Origin: Sedimentisphaerales bacterium
GTDB lineage: Bacteria; Planctomycetota; Phycisphaerae; Sedimentisphaerales; SM23-30
DNA length: 64,000 bases
NCBI GenBank assembly: GCA_963666285.1
Contig: OY762711.1
Direction: 5' to 3' (one strand)
Numbering within the stretch: position 1 is the stretch's first letter; every line of letters starts with the position of its first letter. Below are positions 21,480 through 31,700 of the stretch, piece by piece. Below the pieces are notes generated by a model. It was given only the letters and a program-made list of their open reading frames with translations, was not told the DNA's origin and did no database searches. Position numbers and translations under genes: made by a program.

Positions 21480-24400
21480 TTATTTCAAAATTCTCAAATC
21501 AAAGATACCGCCTGCATAATTGCCATTATGAGGCTTGAATTTTATAGTAACTACAGATTTCCCACCCACTAATGATGCAGAGATAGGATATACAACATCA
21601 ACAAACTCCTCTTTTGACCACTTTTTAATGAGATTTTCTGTTACTAGTTTATTATCGTCGATAAATATGTCAAAAGTCCTATTGCCCCACTCATTCCCCC
21701 AATAAGTAACCATCAAAGACAGCTCCTCATTCGGATCAACTTTTACATCATAACTAAACCAGGCTGGTGCATTAGCATGCCTGAAAAATCTATTCCTGTA
21801 AGTACCAGACTCCGACCCGCTTGATTGAATATTGTGATCTGCTTCTGGCTGCTGCTCCCCAGGAATAACCCTGTCAATTGTTCTTTTATCCAACTTTATA
21901 AGCTTCTGTTCTTCCATATCAGCTTTAACTATTTCATTCTGATACTGCTCCATTGGCAGCATTTTCCAGTACATTTCATACCTGGAATCATGGATACGGA
22001 AAAATGGCTCTAATACCAGGTCTTTATACTTGTCAGGCTTAATCAGATTCTCAGTTATAAATTTAAGGCCAGTCTGACTCTTAATTTTTCTTATCTTTGA
22101 CTGAATCTGCTTACCATCATCAATAAGAACAGGAGCTTCAGACAAAGGAAGCAACTCACCATGTGCAATATGAGCCCATCTGCTATCGTCAGCAACAAGC
22201 CCTTTCAAATCTTCTGTTCCCGTTTTAGCTGCTAAAACAATTGGACCATATAAAATTGCCACATATTCAGGAACATTTGGCATTTGCTCAATTTTGTAAT
22301 TCATTGGAAATACAACTTCTAACCTATCGCCATTTTGCCAGAGCCTGTCTATTTCAGCAAAAGAGGAAGGCTTAGAATCCGGGTTCCAGATTCTATCTCC
22401 CAGCTTAAACTGCAGTTGGCCAGCCGGAACCCATTCAGGATGACGTATTTTCAAGACAAATCTGGTAGGAGCATCAACAGAAATAGTCAAGCTAGTTGAA
22501 GGTTCATCTGGAAAATTCGTCTCCTGGCGAATAGTAATACCTTTTTCGTCCCAATTCAGCTGAGAAGCAATAAATAAGTTAACGTACAAATTATCTTCTT
22601 GATGACAATAGATAAAGCGGCCATATTGGCCATGATTTTCCATACCCGTGCCAACACAACACCACATACCCTGGTTTGGAGCAGAGTAAACTCGATAATG
22701 CCTTGGTCGTGCCGGGGTAAAATATACATAACCGCCATGTTCTGGATGCTGGGTAGAAAGAATATGATTAAATAAAGCACGTTCATAGTAATCAACATAC
22801 TTTACATCTTGATCCATACGGAATAGTCCTTCTGATAACTTTAGCATGTTATGAGTATTACATGACTCCGGCCCTTCACGTTCCTCTACCATTTCCATGC
22901 ATGCATCGGCAGCCGGAAAATGTTCACGGCGACTATTTCCACCAAATGCAAGTGTCCGATTCTGAACTACAGTTTGCCAGAAAAATTGGGCCGCTTTACC
23001 ATATATATCTCCGCCGCCAAGTTCGGCAATTCGCTGAAAACCTATCGCTTTTGGAACCTGGGTATTGGCATGTTTATTATCAAGTGAATCTACACCTTGG
23101 GACATTGGAGTAAGAAGCTGCCGATGAGAAAAACGCTTTGCCAGTTCCAGGTATTTTAGATCACCAGTAATAGCGGCAACATCCGCCAGGACTTCATTCA
23201 TACCGCCATATTCCTGGTCCATCATTCTTTCCATTTGTTCGCTGGAAAAATCTTTTAAGAGAACATATGACCAATCTGCAAACTTGATAAGCATTTCTTT
23301 TGCTTTTTCATTTTTAGCAAATATCCAGGCATCTCTTAAACCATTATAAGTTTTATGAATATTGTACCATGGAACCCAATATTTATGAGTTGCCATAGGA
23401 TCGCCCGCACTAACCTTACTCCAAAGCTGGCGACTGCCCGGAACTCCGCCAAGATAGCCATTACCATTAGCTTTCTGACAGGTTTCCAGCTCATCAAGCA
23501 TATATTCCATCCTGCGTTTACATTCCTTATTGCCGGTTGAAGCAGTATATATGGCCATCGCAGACAAATAGTGGCCACCTACATGCCCATCAAGACCAAT
23601 CCAGTTTGGATAACTCTCTGCTTTGGGCTGAAGTCCGGCTTCTTTAAGATAAGGAGCAAGCAATCTGTCAACATCATATTGCAACAGATGGTCAAGGTTA
23701 ACATCCTGGGCATGCTTAAACGGACCGTCCAACACCCTCACCTGATCAAGGCGAAACTCACTGATATTACTCGAAGCCTTCTTCTTATTATCAACAGGAA
23801 CAATGCCGGCATGAGTTGGCTTACTTCTGAGAATTTTTCCCGAATCATCAAATTCGAGCATATCAATGCAAGTTTCTCTATGAAAACCAGCCGAACGTCC
23901 CATCTTAATTCCTTCGGGATAAGTAAAACGATGATATACTATATACCATTCATCTTTTCCTGGAATCTGAATAGTAGAATTGTGGCCGGTAGCATAAATC
24001 CCTTGTGTAGGATCTTTTGCTATAACAAGATTATCCTGCGGAATTTCCAACGGGCCAAGAGGAGAATCTGCTATTGCATAACGAACCCTGTAATTTTCAC
24101 TGCGAGTATCATCCTCAGACCACAGGAAGTAATATTTACCTTTTCTATATAAAACGTGAGTCCCCTCACGGAAAGTTCGGTCAGGGGTCAATATCTTAAT
24201 ATCACCTTTAAGTGAAACCATATCGTCATTCAGCTCTGCCGCGGCCATATATCCATTACCCCAGTACAAGTAATATTTACCTGTTTGAGGATCACAGAAA
24301 ACATCTGGATCAATCTCCTGACCACGATTAATACCTGCAGGGTGAGAACTGATTAGAGCTTTGCCGCTATCGACAAAAGGACCTGCCGGATCATCTGCAA

Positions 24401-25955
24401 CTGCTACACCAACCTTTTGTGCCGCGGTAAAATAATAATAATATTTATACTCACCCTCGACATCTTTTTCGATAATACATGGTGCCCATGCATTTCTGTC
24501 AGCCCATGAAACATCTTTATTGAGGTCAAGAATTATACCTTCATCTGTCCAGTCAACCAGGTTGTCAGAAGAAAATGCCTTAAAATATGTGCCAGACCAG
24601 CCATCAAAACCATCACTGGTTGGATATATATAGTACTTACCCGTTTTATTGGAGTAGATTATATCAGGGTCAGCATAATAACCATCTAATACCGGATTAT
24701 GCCAGATACTGACAGAAACAGTAAAATCTTCCTTTTTTCGTCCGTTGAGTTTAGCGGTATAAAGAATAGGACCTTTAGAAAAATCAACAGCCCCCTTAGG
24801 ATCAATCTCCATATCAAAAATCGAATTAAATCCTGGATCAAAACTGGAGATATCAGTTCCGCTCTTCACAGGCAAATGTAAATCATTACTGCCTGTTAAA
24901 TTGACATTCAGTTTCTTTATTGAATCTGATTCTGCACTAATAAATAAATGCCTGAAATCACCCCATTTATCAACCAGTCGTGAATATTCTTCCCGTGTAA
25001 TTGGCATAACAGTTCCATGACGAGGATGAAAATCCATAGAAATATTATGATCAATAACATCGAAATTAAGTAAATCAGAACTACGTGTAAACTGATACCT
25101 GCCGCTGGTATACATATCATACATAAGTATCCAGTCATCACTATTATTTAACTTGAATATACCGGAACCTTCAACCGGCCTTCGAGAGCAGTCCATTCGT
25201 TTGTTACTGTATAACTTGTAGCCTTCGGTCAACTTGTCAGAAATAGCCAGTTTTATTCCAGGATCACCATCTTCTGCTTTATAGAACAGATAATATTGAC
25301 CATCCCTGGGAATTATATCCCCATCAATACAAGCTCTGGTATTGCTTTCAGAAGGTGGATAATACAACTGCCGGGGAGCAGATTCAAAACCGGTAAAATC
25401 CATATTCGCATACGCGTAATAGATAACATCAGGATCATTTCCTTCTTTCATAGAAAAATAAACCAAATATTTGTCTTTTTCACTATCATATATAGTTTGA
25501 GGAGCCCAAACCCTGTGTACTTTACCAAACTCATCTGGATAAGTTTCCGGAATATTAACTATTGACGACTGCCAGTTGATAAGGTCTGTGGACTTCATCA
25601 ATACCATCGCAAAATTACTCCAACCCATCTTTGGAACATACAAATCGGTAGCTACCATATAAAAAGTCTTGCCGTCATTACATCGCAAAACATGCGGATC
25701 ACGAACACCTCCTGAAGAGCTGATATCTTTCGATTCAATAATTGGATTATTGTTATTTAATGCTTTATAAGAAAAACCGTCAGGACTGACAGCAAATCTT
25801 ATCTGCTCCTCACCAGGACCATTGCCAACAAAGTAAGTAAATAAATAAGCAGAATAACCATTATCTACAGCAGCAGCAACATTAGTCACAGATACAAAAG
25901 CAGTAACTATTGTCAGCAGCATCAAAATACTTTTTAGTTTATTCTTGATCGTCAT
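21480..25955 (-). CDS. Fusion GH43-like + GH43 + GH127/GH146 beta-L-arabinofuranosidase
   Basis: VRDPH/WAPQ/IDGD; YADPD/WAP/IDPD/REG; GHYLSA, EYGGMNE, HANTQVPK, ESCNTHNM, WCCVGTGME. Confidence 0.8.
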   Translation of the reverse strand: MTIKNKLKSILMLLTIVTAFVSVTNVAAAVDNGYSAYLFTYFVGNGPGEEQIRFAVSPDGFSYKALNNNNPIIESKDISSSGGVRDPHVLRCNDGKTFYMVATDLYVPKMGWSNFAMVLMKSTDLINWQSSIVNIPETYPDEFGKVHRVWAPQTIYDSEKDKYLVYFSMKEGNDPDVIYYAYANMDFTGFESAPRQLYYPPSESNTRACIDGDIIPRDGQYYLFYKAEDGDPGIKLAISDKLTEGYKLYSNKRMDCSRRPVEGSGIFKLNNSDDWILMYDMYTSGRYQFTRSSDLLNFDVIDHNISMDFHPRHGTVMPITREEYSRLVDKWGDFRHLFISAESDSIKKLNVNLTGSNDLHLPVKSGTDISSFDPGFNSIFDMEIDPKGAVDFSKGPILYTAKLNGRKKEDFTVSVSIWHNPVLDGYYADPDIIYSNKTGKYYIYPTSDGFDGWSGTYFKAFSSDNLVDWTDEGIILDLNKDVSWADRNAWAPCIIEKDVEGEYKYYYYFTAAQKVGVAVADDPAGPFVDSGKALISSHPAGINRGQEIDPDVFCDPQTGKYYLYWGNGYMAAAELNDDMVSLKGDIKILTPDRTFREGTHVLYRKGKYYFLWSEDDTRSENYRVRYAIADSPLGPLEIPQDNLVIAKDPTQGIYATGHNSTIQIPGKDEWYIVYHRFTYPEGIKMGRSAGFHRETCIDMLEFDDSGKILRSKPTHAGIVPVDNKKKASSNISEFRLDQVRVLDGPFKHAQDVNLDHLLQYDVDRLLAPYLKEAGLQPKAESYPNWIGLDGHVGGHYLSAMAIYTASTGNKECKRRMEYMLDELETCQKANGNGYLGGVPGSRQLWSKVSAGDPMATHKYWVPWYNIHKTYNGLRDAWIFAKNEKAKEMLIKFADWSYVLLKDFSSEQMERMMDQEYGGMNEVLADVAAITGDLKYLELAKRFSHRQLLTPMSQGVDSLDNKHANTQVPKAIGFQRIAELGGGDIYGKAAQFFWQTVVQNRTLAFGGNSRREHFPAADACMEMVEEREGPESCNTHNMLKLSEGLFRMDQDVKYVDYYERALFNHILSTQHPEHGGYVYFTPARPRHYRVYSAPNQGMWCCVGTGMENHGQYGRFIYCHQEDNLYVNLFIASQLNWDEKGITIRQETNFPDEPSTSLTISVDAPTRFVLKIRHPEWVPAGQLQFKLGDRIWNPDSKPSSFAEIDRLWQNGDRLEVVFPMNYKIEQMPNVPEYVAILYGPIVLAAKTGTEDLKGLVADDSRWAHIAHGELLPLSEAPVLIDDGKQIQSKIRKIKSQTGLKFITENLIKPDKYKDLVLEPFFRIHDSRYEMYWKMLPMEQYQNEIVKADMEEQKLIKLDKRTIDRVIPGEQQPEADHNIQSSGSESGTYRNRFFRHANAPAWFSYDVKVDPNEELSLMVTYWGNEWGNRTFDIFIDDNKLVTENLIKKWSKEEFVDVVYPISASLVGGKSVVTIKFKPHNGNYAGGIFDLRILK

Positions 25956-26020
25956 ATTATTTCATTCGCTCCATTTCGTATAGTATTTCTCTGTCGTATT
26001 TATTCTTGTTTCTAACGCAT

Positions 26021-28534
26021 TTACTTCTTTGGCACTAATCTTATAATAGATAATGAATGAGCCGGTATATCATAGTCAATCTTATTTGAAACCTGCACCT
26101 TAGATGTTGCAGGCAGAATTTCAGGCTTTTTACCAAAACGATTAACCGCTTCAGGCTGACCGGTTAAAACGGTACAAACAGCCGAACTTTCAAACGATAC
26201 CAATTTTGACAAATCAATAGATGCACTTAAATCCTTATTAGATTTGCTTATAATTTTTAGAATTACATCTCCTGTTTCTTTGTCGCTAACAGTAGAAACA
26301 GCAATCTCAGGTAACTGTTCAAAACCACGAGCATCAACTGCCTCAATAATAAGTTCTTTGTCTAGATAGCATTGTATATGCTTACCTTTCACTTGTATCT
26401 TGATATCATACCAACGGTTTGATTCAATCTTGCCTGGGACAAACTGGCTTAAATTGCTTTGAGATGTCTCAACATATTTTTCCAGCCGATGTGAAGTATT
26501 ATTCCAGCCGCCAAGGTTTAACCAGTAATAATTATCTGAAACAATTACTCCAAAACAAATTATGAAACCTTCATTTCCACCGGTTTTCATCGCCCTGAGA
26601 GAAACGGTATAATCTGATTTTGCTTCAGCAGCAGAAAGAAGTGCCAAAGCCGGAGCAGCTCCTGAAGTCTGACAAAAGACTCCATCTTTGACCTGCCACT
26701 GCCCGCCCTGTATTTTCCAATCATCACTCTGCTTGCTAAAAGTATCAGATAATATATTTTTAGTTTTACTGATAACTTTAACATCATCATACTGTACCTG
26801 GGTATTCCATGCCCCCAGCATTACACCCGATCCTATTATTGAAGATTTTGATGTATCTATTTTTACTTCAGTCGGCAGATATGTATCACCGCTGTTTAAG
26901 CTGAATAATTGCTGAGCATAGTAATTGATCGAAGGTGTGACTACATGGTTGTCAAAATAGATCATATCAGGACGCCACTGAGTATGCCCCTGCTTTGCCA
27001 AAAGAGGAGCATATGAAGATAAATACACAAGGTCGCCATTTCGTTCCAGAGTCGTCATATAAGCAGCTTCTGCCAATGCCGATCTGAGAGTATTTTCACG
27101 ATTGTTATCATGTGCGGCATATTCGCCCAAATATACTTTTGTACCTGTTCGCTGATACATATCAAATCTTTGCAAATTGCTCCAGAACCATGAAGGTGAC
27201 TTATATCCATGCTCATCAACCATTGGAAGATTTTCCTTACGTGCAAATTTCCATCCATCCTCATAATCCACACCATCTGTCGCAGGACCCGTTGTGCCTA
27301 TTACTATTATCTCTGGATATTTAACTTTGATAGCATCATTTATCATTTTATAACGAACCTTGAACTCTGGTGATATAACATCCTCATTACCCAGTCCAAG
27401 GTATTTCAGGTTAAACGACTCCGGATGGCCGGCCTCAGCACGCTTTGCCCCCCATTTTGAGCTGGCAGGGCCATTGGCCCATTCAATCAAATCCAAAACT
27501 TCCTGAACATATTCATCCATCTGATCCATCGGGATTGCCTGCTGACCCGTCCCCCAGTAGCGACCGCTGTTTTGACATGAAACCCCGGCAGCAACTACCG
27601 GCAAAGGCTTAGCTCCTATATCCTCACAATATTGGAAATACTCATAATAACCCAAACCAACAGTCTGATGATATCTCCAAATATTATTTTGCTCTTTACG
27701 CTCATGAACCGGACCTATTGTATCTTTCCATCGATACATATTCGGAAGGCCATCACCATGGACAAGGCATCCCCCCGGAAAACGAATAAATTTAGGCTCC
27801 AGTTCTGCAATTACCTGGGCCAAATCAGATCGCAGGCCATTTTTACGTTTTTTGAATGTCTTTTCCGGGAAAAGTGAAATCATATCAAGATAAACATAAC
27901 CGCTTCCCTTGGCAAGCAAAGCAAGTTGAGCATTAGCTGCATCTGCATTTGACTTGATTTGAACTGAATACTGCTTCCATTCACTTGTTAAACCAGAAAT
28001 GTCACCCTTTGCATACAATTCACCATCTTTTGATTCAAGTCTGACCTCCAGACTCAAATTGTGACCTGGCTGCTGACGGGCAAAGACACTAAAATCATAG
28101 TTATCTCCCTTTTTTAGAACTATACCGTCAAAACCAGAGTTTACCAAGACAACAGCCTGACCATCCCTACCGGCATTACAATTCATTTCTACATAATACG
28201 GATTATTAGGATGCAATGAATTTGCATTACTTATTACGTAAGATCCCCTCGCTCCACCTCGTAATTCGAATACCCAGCCGGTAAATGCATCCCAACCTGT
28301 ATGATCAAGTGGTGTATACTGGAACGAACGGTTCTGAACCATTTCCGCATATAATCCACCATCGGCAGCATAATTGATGTCTTCGAAAAATATGCCGAAA
28401 AGATCAGGACAAATTGCTACCTCCTCGTTTCCAACCTTAATCTCAACAGTTTCTGCAAGACTAAAAGAACATACCGATAAAGCCAAAAACATAATTACAA
28501 TCTTATTTACTTTGTTAATAATCAAACTAAACAT
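26021..28534 (-). CDS. GH51 alpha-L-arabinofuranosidase with inserted DUF1080-like domain
   Basis: GIFFEDINYAADGGLYAEM, RFPGGC, GNED, YLGEYA, SYAPLL. Confidence 0.9.
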   Translation of the reverse strand: MFSLIINKVNKIVIMFLALSVCSFSLAETVEIKVGNEEVAICPDLFGIFFEDINYAADGGLYAEMVQNRSFQYTPLDHTGWDAFTGWVFELRGGARGSYVISNANSLHPNNPYYVEMNCNAGRDGQAVVLVNSGFDGIVLKKGDNYDFSVFARQQPGHNLSLEVRLESKDGELYAKGDISGLTSEWKQYSVQIKSNADAANAQLALLAKGSGYVYLDMISLFPEKTFKKRKNGLRSDLAQVIAELEPKFIRFPGGCLVHGDGLPNMYRWKDTIGPVHERKEQNNIWRYHQTVGLGYYEYFQYCEDIGAKPLPVVAAGVSCQNSGRYWGTGQQAIPMDQMDEYVQEVLDLIEWANGPASSKWGAKRAEAGHPESFNLKYLGLGNEDVISPEFKVRYKMINDAIKVKYPEIIVIGTTGPATDGVDYEDGWKFARKENLPMVDEHGYKSPSWFWSNLQRFDMYQRTGTKVYLGEYAAHDNNRENTLRSALAEAAYMTTLERNGDLVYLSSYAPLLAKQGHTQWRPDMIYFDNHVVTPSINYYAQQLFSLNSGDTYLPTEVKIDTSKSSIIGSGVMLGAWNTQVQYDDVKVISKTKNILSDTFSKQSDDWKIQGGQWQVKDGVFCQTSGAAPALALLSAAEAKSDYTVSLRAMKTGGNEGFIICFGVIVSDNYYWLNLGGWNNTSHRLEKYVETSQSNLSQFVPGKIESNRWYDIKIQVKGKHIQCYLDKELIIEAVDARGFEQLPEIAVSTVSDKETGDVILKIISKSNKDLSASIDLSKLVSFESSAVCTVLTGQPEAVNRFGKKPEILPATSKVQVSNKIDYDIPAHSLSIIRLVPKK

Positions 28535-28602
28535 TAAACTCCAGCCTCATAAAATAATAAATTAACCTGTTACAACATAGACTAGATATGAATATAAACA
28601 TA

Positions 28603-28626
28603 GAGGTGACAAAAAAACGTCACCTC
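28603..28626. terminator. Intergenic hairpin
   Basis: GAGGTGAC-N8-GTCACCTC between two minus-strand CAZyme genes; no clear U tract. Confidence 0.35.
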
Positions 28627-28727
28627 AGCTTACCACTTCATATATTATTCACTTATGATAATAGAATAAACTAAATCCATAGCTATAAACATGTCAAAGT
28701 CCGCATTTTTATCACCTCATTGCGCAC

Positions 28728-31700
28728 TTAATTAAGTAAATTATCCAGAATATCACTTGTTACCCTGAATACCGTACCATGCCTGGTACCACTTGGAAAT
28801 GATACCTGGCTCGAAATATTTGTCCAAATAACCATATCATCAGAAGCTAAAGCTCCCATATATCCGTTAGAATAAGCATCGAAATAAATAATCCATTCCT
28901 TTCCTACTTTTATCATAGATGGGCCTTCCACCCACAGTCCTGACGGCGATATAGAAGCTGATGCCGATCCATACGGACCGGCGGCATTATCACTAAATGC
29001 AAGATGGAAATTCTTGGCTGCAACTGGTGCCTTTGTTTCATCTTTTACGACCATTACATATCTATCATCATCTTTTGTTATAAATGCATCAATAACATTA
29101 AAACCAGGATCATAAAATAATGCCGTATCTGTGTAAGTCGCAAAGTCATCTGTTGAAACATAATATATTCTATGATTGTTGTCATCGTCAGGGTTATATG
29201 TTTCCTGAAACTCTCCATCAATTGTTGTCGCCCAAAAAATCAGATACTTATTGGTAACTTCATCATAAAATATTTCCGGAGCCCAGCAGTTTAATGCATT
29301 TGACTCATGAGCCATTACAGGCAAATATGTTTGCTCGGACCAATTGACCATATCTGCAGAATGAGCAATTCCAATACCATCATCCCACCATCCGGTAGTC
29401 CATACCATATGGAACATACCGTCCGGTCCCTGGCAGATACTTGGGTCTCGCATTAAATTTCCGCCAACAGAGGGAGTTATATATGGCACATCGTTATTCA
29501 ACGCCGTAAAAGTCATACCATCTTCACTATATGCCAAGTGCAAACCATCTCCATTTCCCTGAAAATAACTATAAAGAAATTTTGTCTTATGAAGCTCTGT
29601 TGTACTAATTGTTACTATACCGGCAGAATATCCAGGCATATTAAATCTAATCGTCTGACTATCCTGCCCGACTAACTTAGATTGAACTCTTACAGCATCA
29701 GTTTCTTCAAGGGTATTTCTAGCGTATAGATCACCAGGAGAAACATAATCCATATAAGCAGATTCAACCACAAAAGTATTGTCAACCTCAAGTTCAACAG
29801 ATCTGGCCGTTTCATCCGGATTTACTAATCGAACATATAGAGTCTTATGATCTTCTGATAAAACGGAATTTACATTTAAATAATCATCGTCGGCTTCAGT
29901 TTCTACCAGGTATGGGCCAAAATGGTCCCACCACAATTTCATAATAATATAATTTGGTGCCGCAAACCATCCGGTATGGTCAAAGTTTATAAAAGCATTG
30001 TCCCAACCGGTTGCAGAAGTATGCCTGAGGAATAATGCCGGGCCGCCAATTTTGAATTCGCCTCCATGACGTTCAAATACATTTAAGATACCACCGGCAT
30101 ACAGACCGGTACGCCAGTCAGTAGTTTGCAGGTTCCATTCCGAATTATATATCTTAACTTCGGGGTTCGACGAACTCGCAATATAGCTCTCCAGGGTAGT
30201 TAAGAAACTATCATATGCAATTGGACCTGACTTATGTTCTCCTGCATCATCATAGTTATGTACGCTGATAAAATCTATTACATCGGCACAGCTATCAATA
30301 ATATCTTCATTCCATGCCATATCCAAACCATTTCCACCACACACTATAATCACAATTGGCGTGCCAAGCTCTTCAGCTTTAGCCCTCATCGCAGGTGCAA
30401 ATTCCAGAACTTTTTCGGCATAAGAAGCTGAACCGGCAATCCAGGTCTCATTATCTATTTCCCAATATGTAACATTATACGGCTCAGGATGACCATTTTC
30501 AGCCCGCAAAGCGCCCCAGGTAGTCGTAACATCACCATTACAATACTCCATCCAGTCTAAAGCATCCTGAAGATACTGTTCATCTGAAAGCTTATATGGA
30601 ATCGACACTCCACATGTTGCATCCAGAACTCCGCTGTTTACAACAAGAAGAGGTTCGGAATCTATTATTTCACACATTCGCAAAAACTCATCAGGACCAT
30701 ATGAGTTGGTATCCTGATCATCCCACAGGCTAATCGGATATTTACGATGTTCATATTGGGGACCAATACATTCTTTCCAGAAGTATGCTGAGGCATAACA
30801 GCCACCAGGCCAACGGATTATCGGAGGGCGAAGCTCTGACACTGCTTCCAGAAGATCCGGGCGATAGCCGCCAGTATCAATAGAATCCTGCGACATCATA
30901 CTGACTTGATCAATATAAACGTCACCTGCACCTTGAAGTTGAATTCTTAAAGAACCATTGTCGGATTCACCGTTTGATATTATCGAAAATTCATATTCTG
31001 CCCAACTCGAAGTTGGAACCAGAACTGCAGACTGACCGAGAATAGTCTCACCGTCCAGCAATAATACAACTATACCTGACGGCAGACTGCCTTTCATCCA
31101 AAGTGAACCATGATAGGCTTGCTGACTAAACTTGAAATTACCCTGTTGTAAACCGGAAACGCCGTCACCAGATATTCCAACACTAAACTCATCATTCAAC
31201 GCATCGGTACTCATTGATACATCAGCAGATCCATATTTTGTCCAGAAATCAGCACCAAAAGGTAGATTATCCAGGTCTGGAAGACCGCTATATAACACAG
31301 CCGGCTGCGCTGAAAGATCCGTTACTTCAATATTTCTAAAGCGGGCCTGAGTATTCCAGGTACCCACACCCACATTACCGCTTAAATATGGGCTGGAATC
31401 ATCAGTTACAGCAAATATAAGAGTATCATCTAACCATACTTGAATTATTTGATTTTCACAGCGAATTCTAATGTCATACCATTGATCGGTAATAATACTG
31501 CCTGAAATAGAATCAAGTACAGAACGTCCACCGTTCACTTCCTTTTCGATCGCATGTTGAGTATTGCCCCAGCCACCAATATTAAGCCAGTACAAATTAC
31601 TGCTGTCAGGTGCACGGAACACTACCAGGAAGCCTTCATCACCACTATTTTTCTGGGCCTGCAGTGATAATTCATAATTAGTCCAGTTTATATCACCAAA

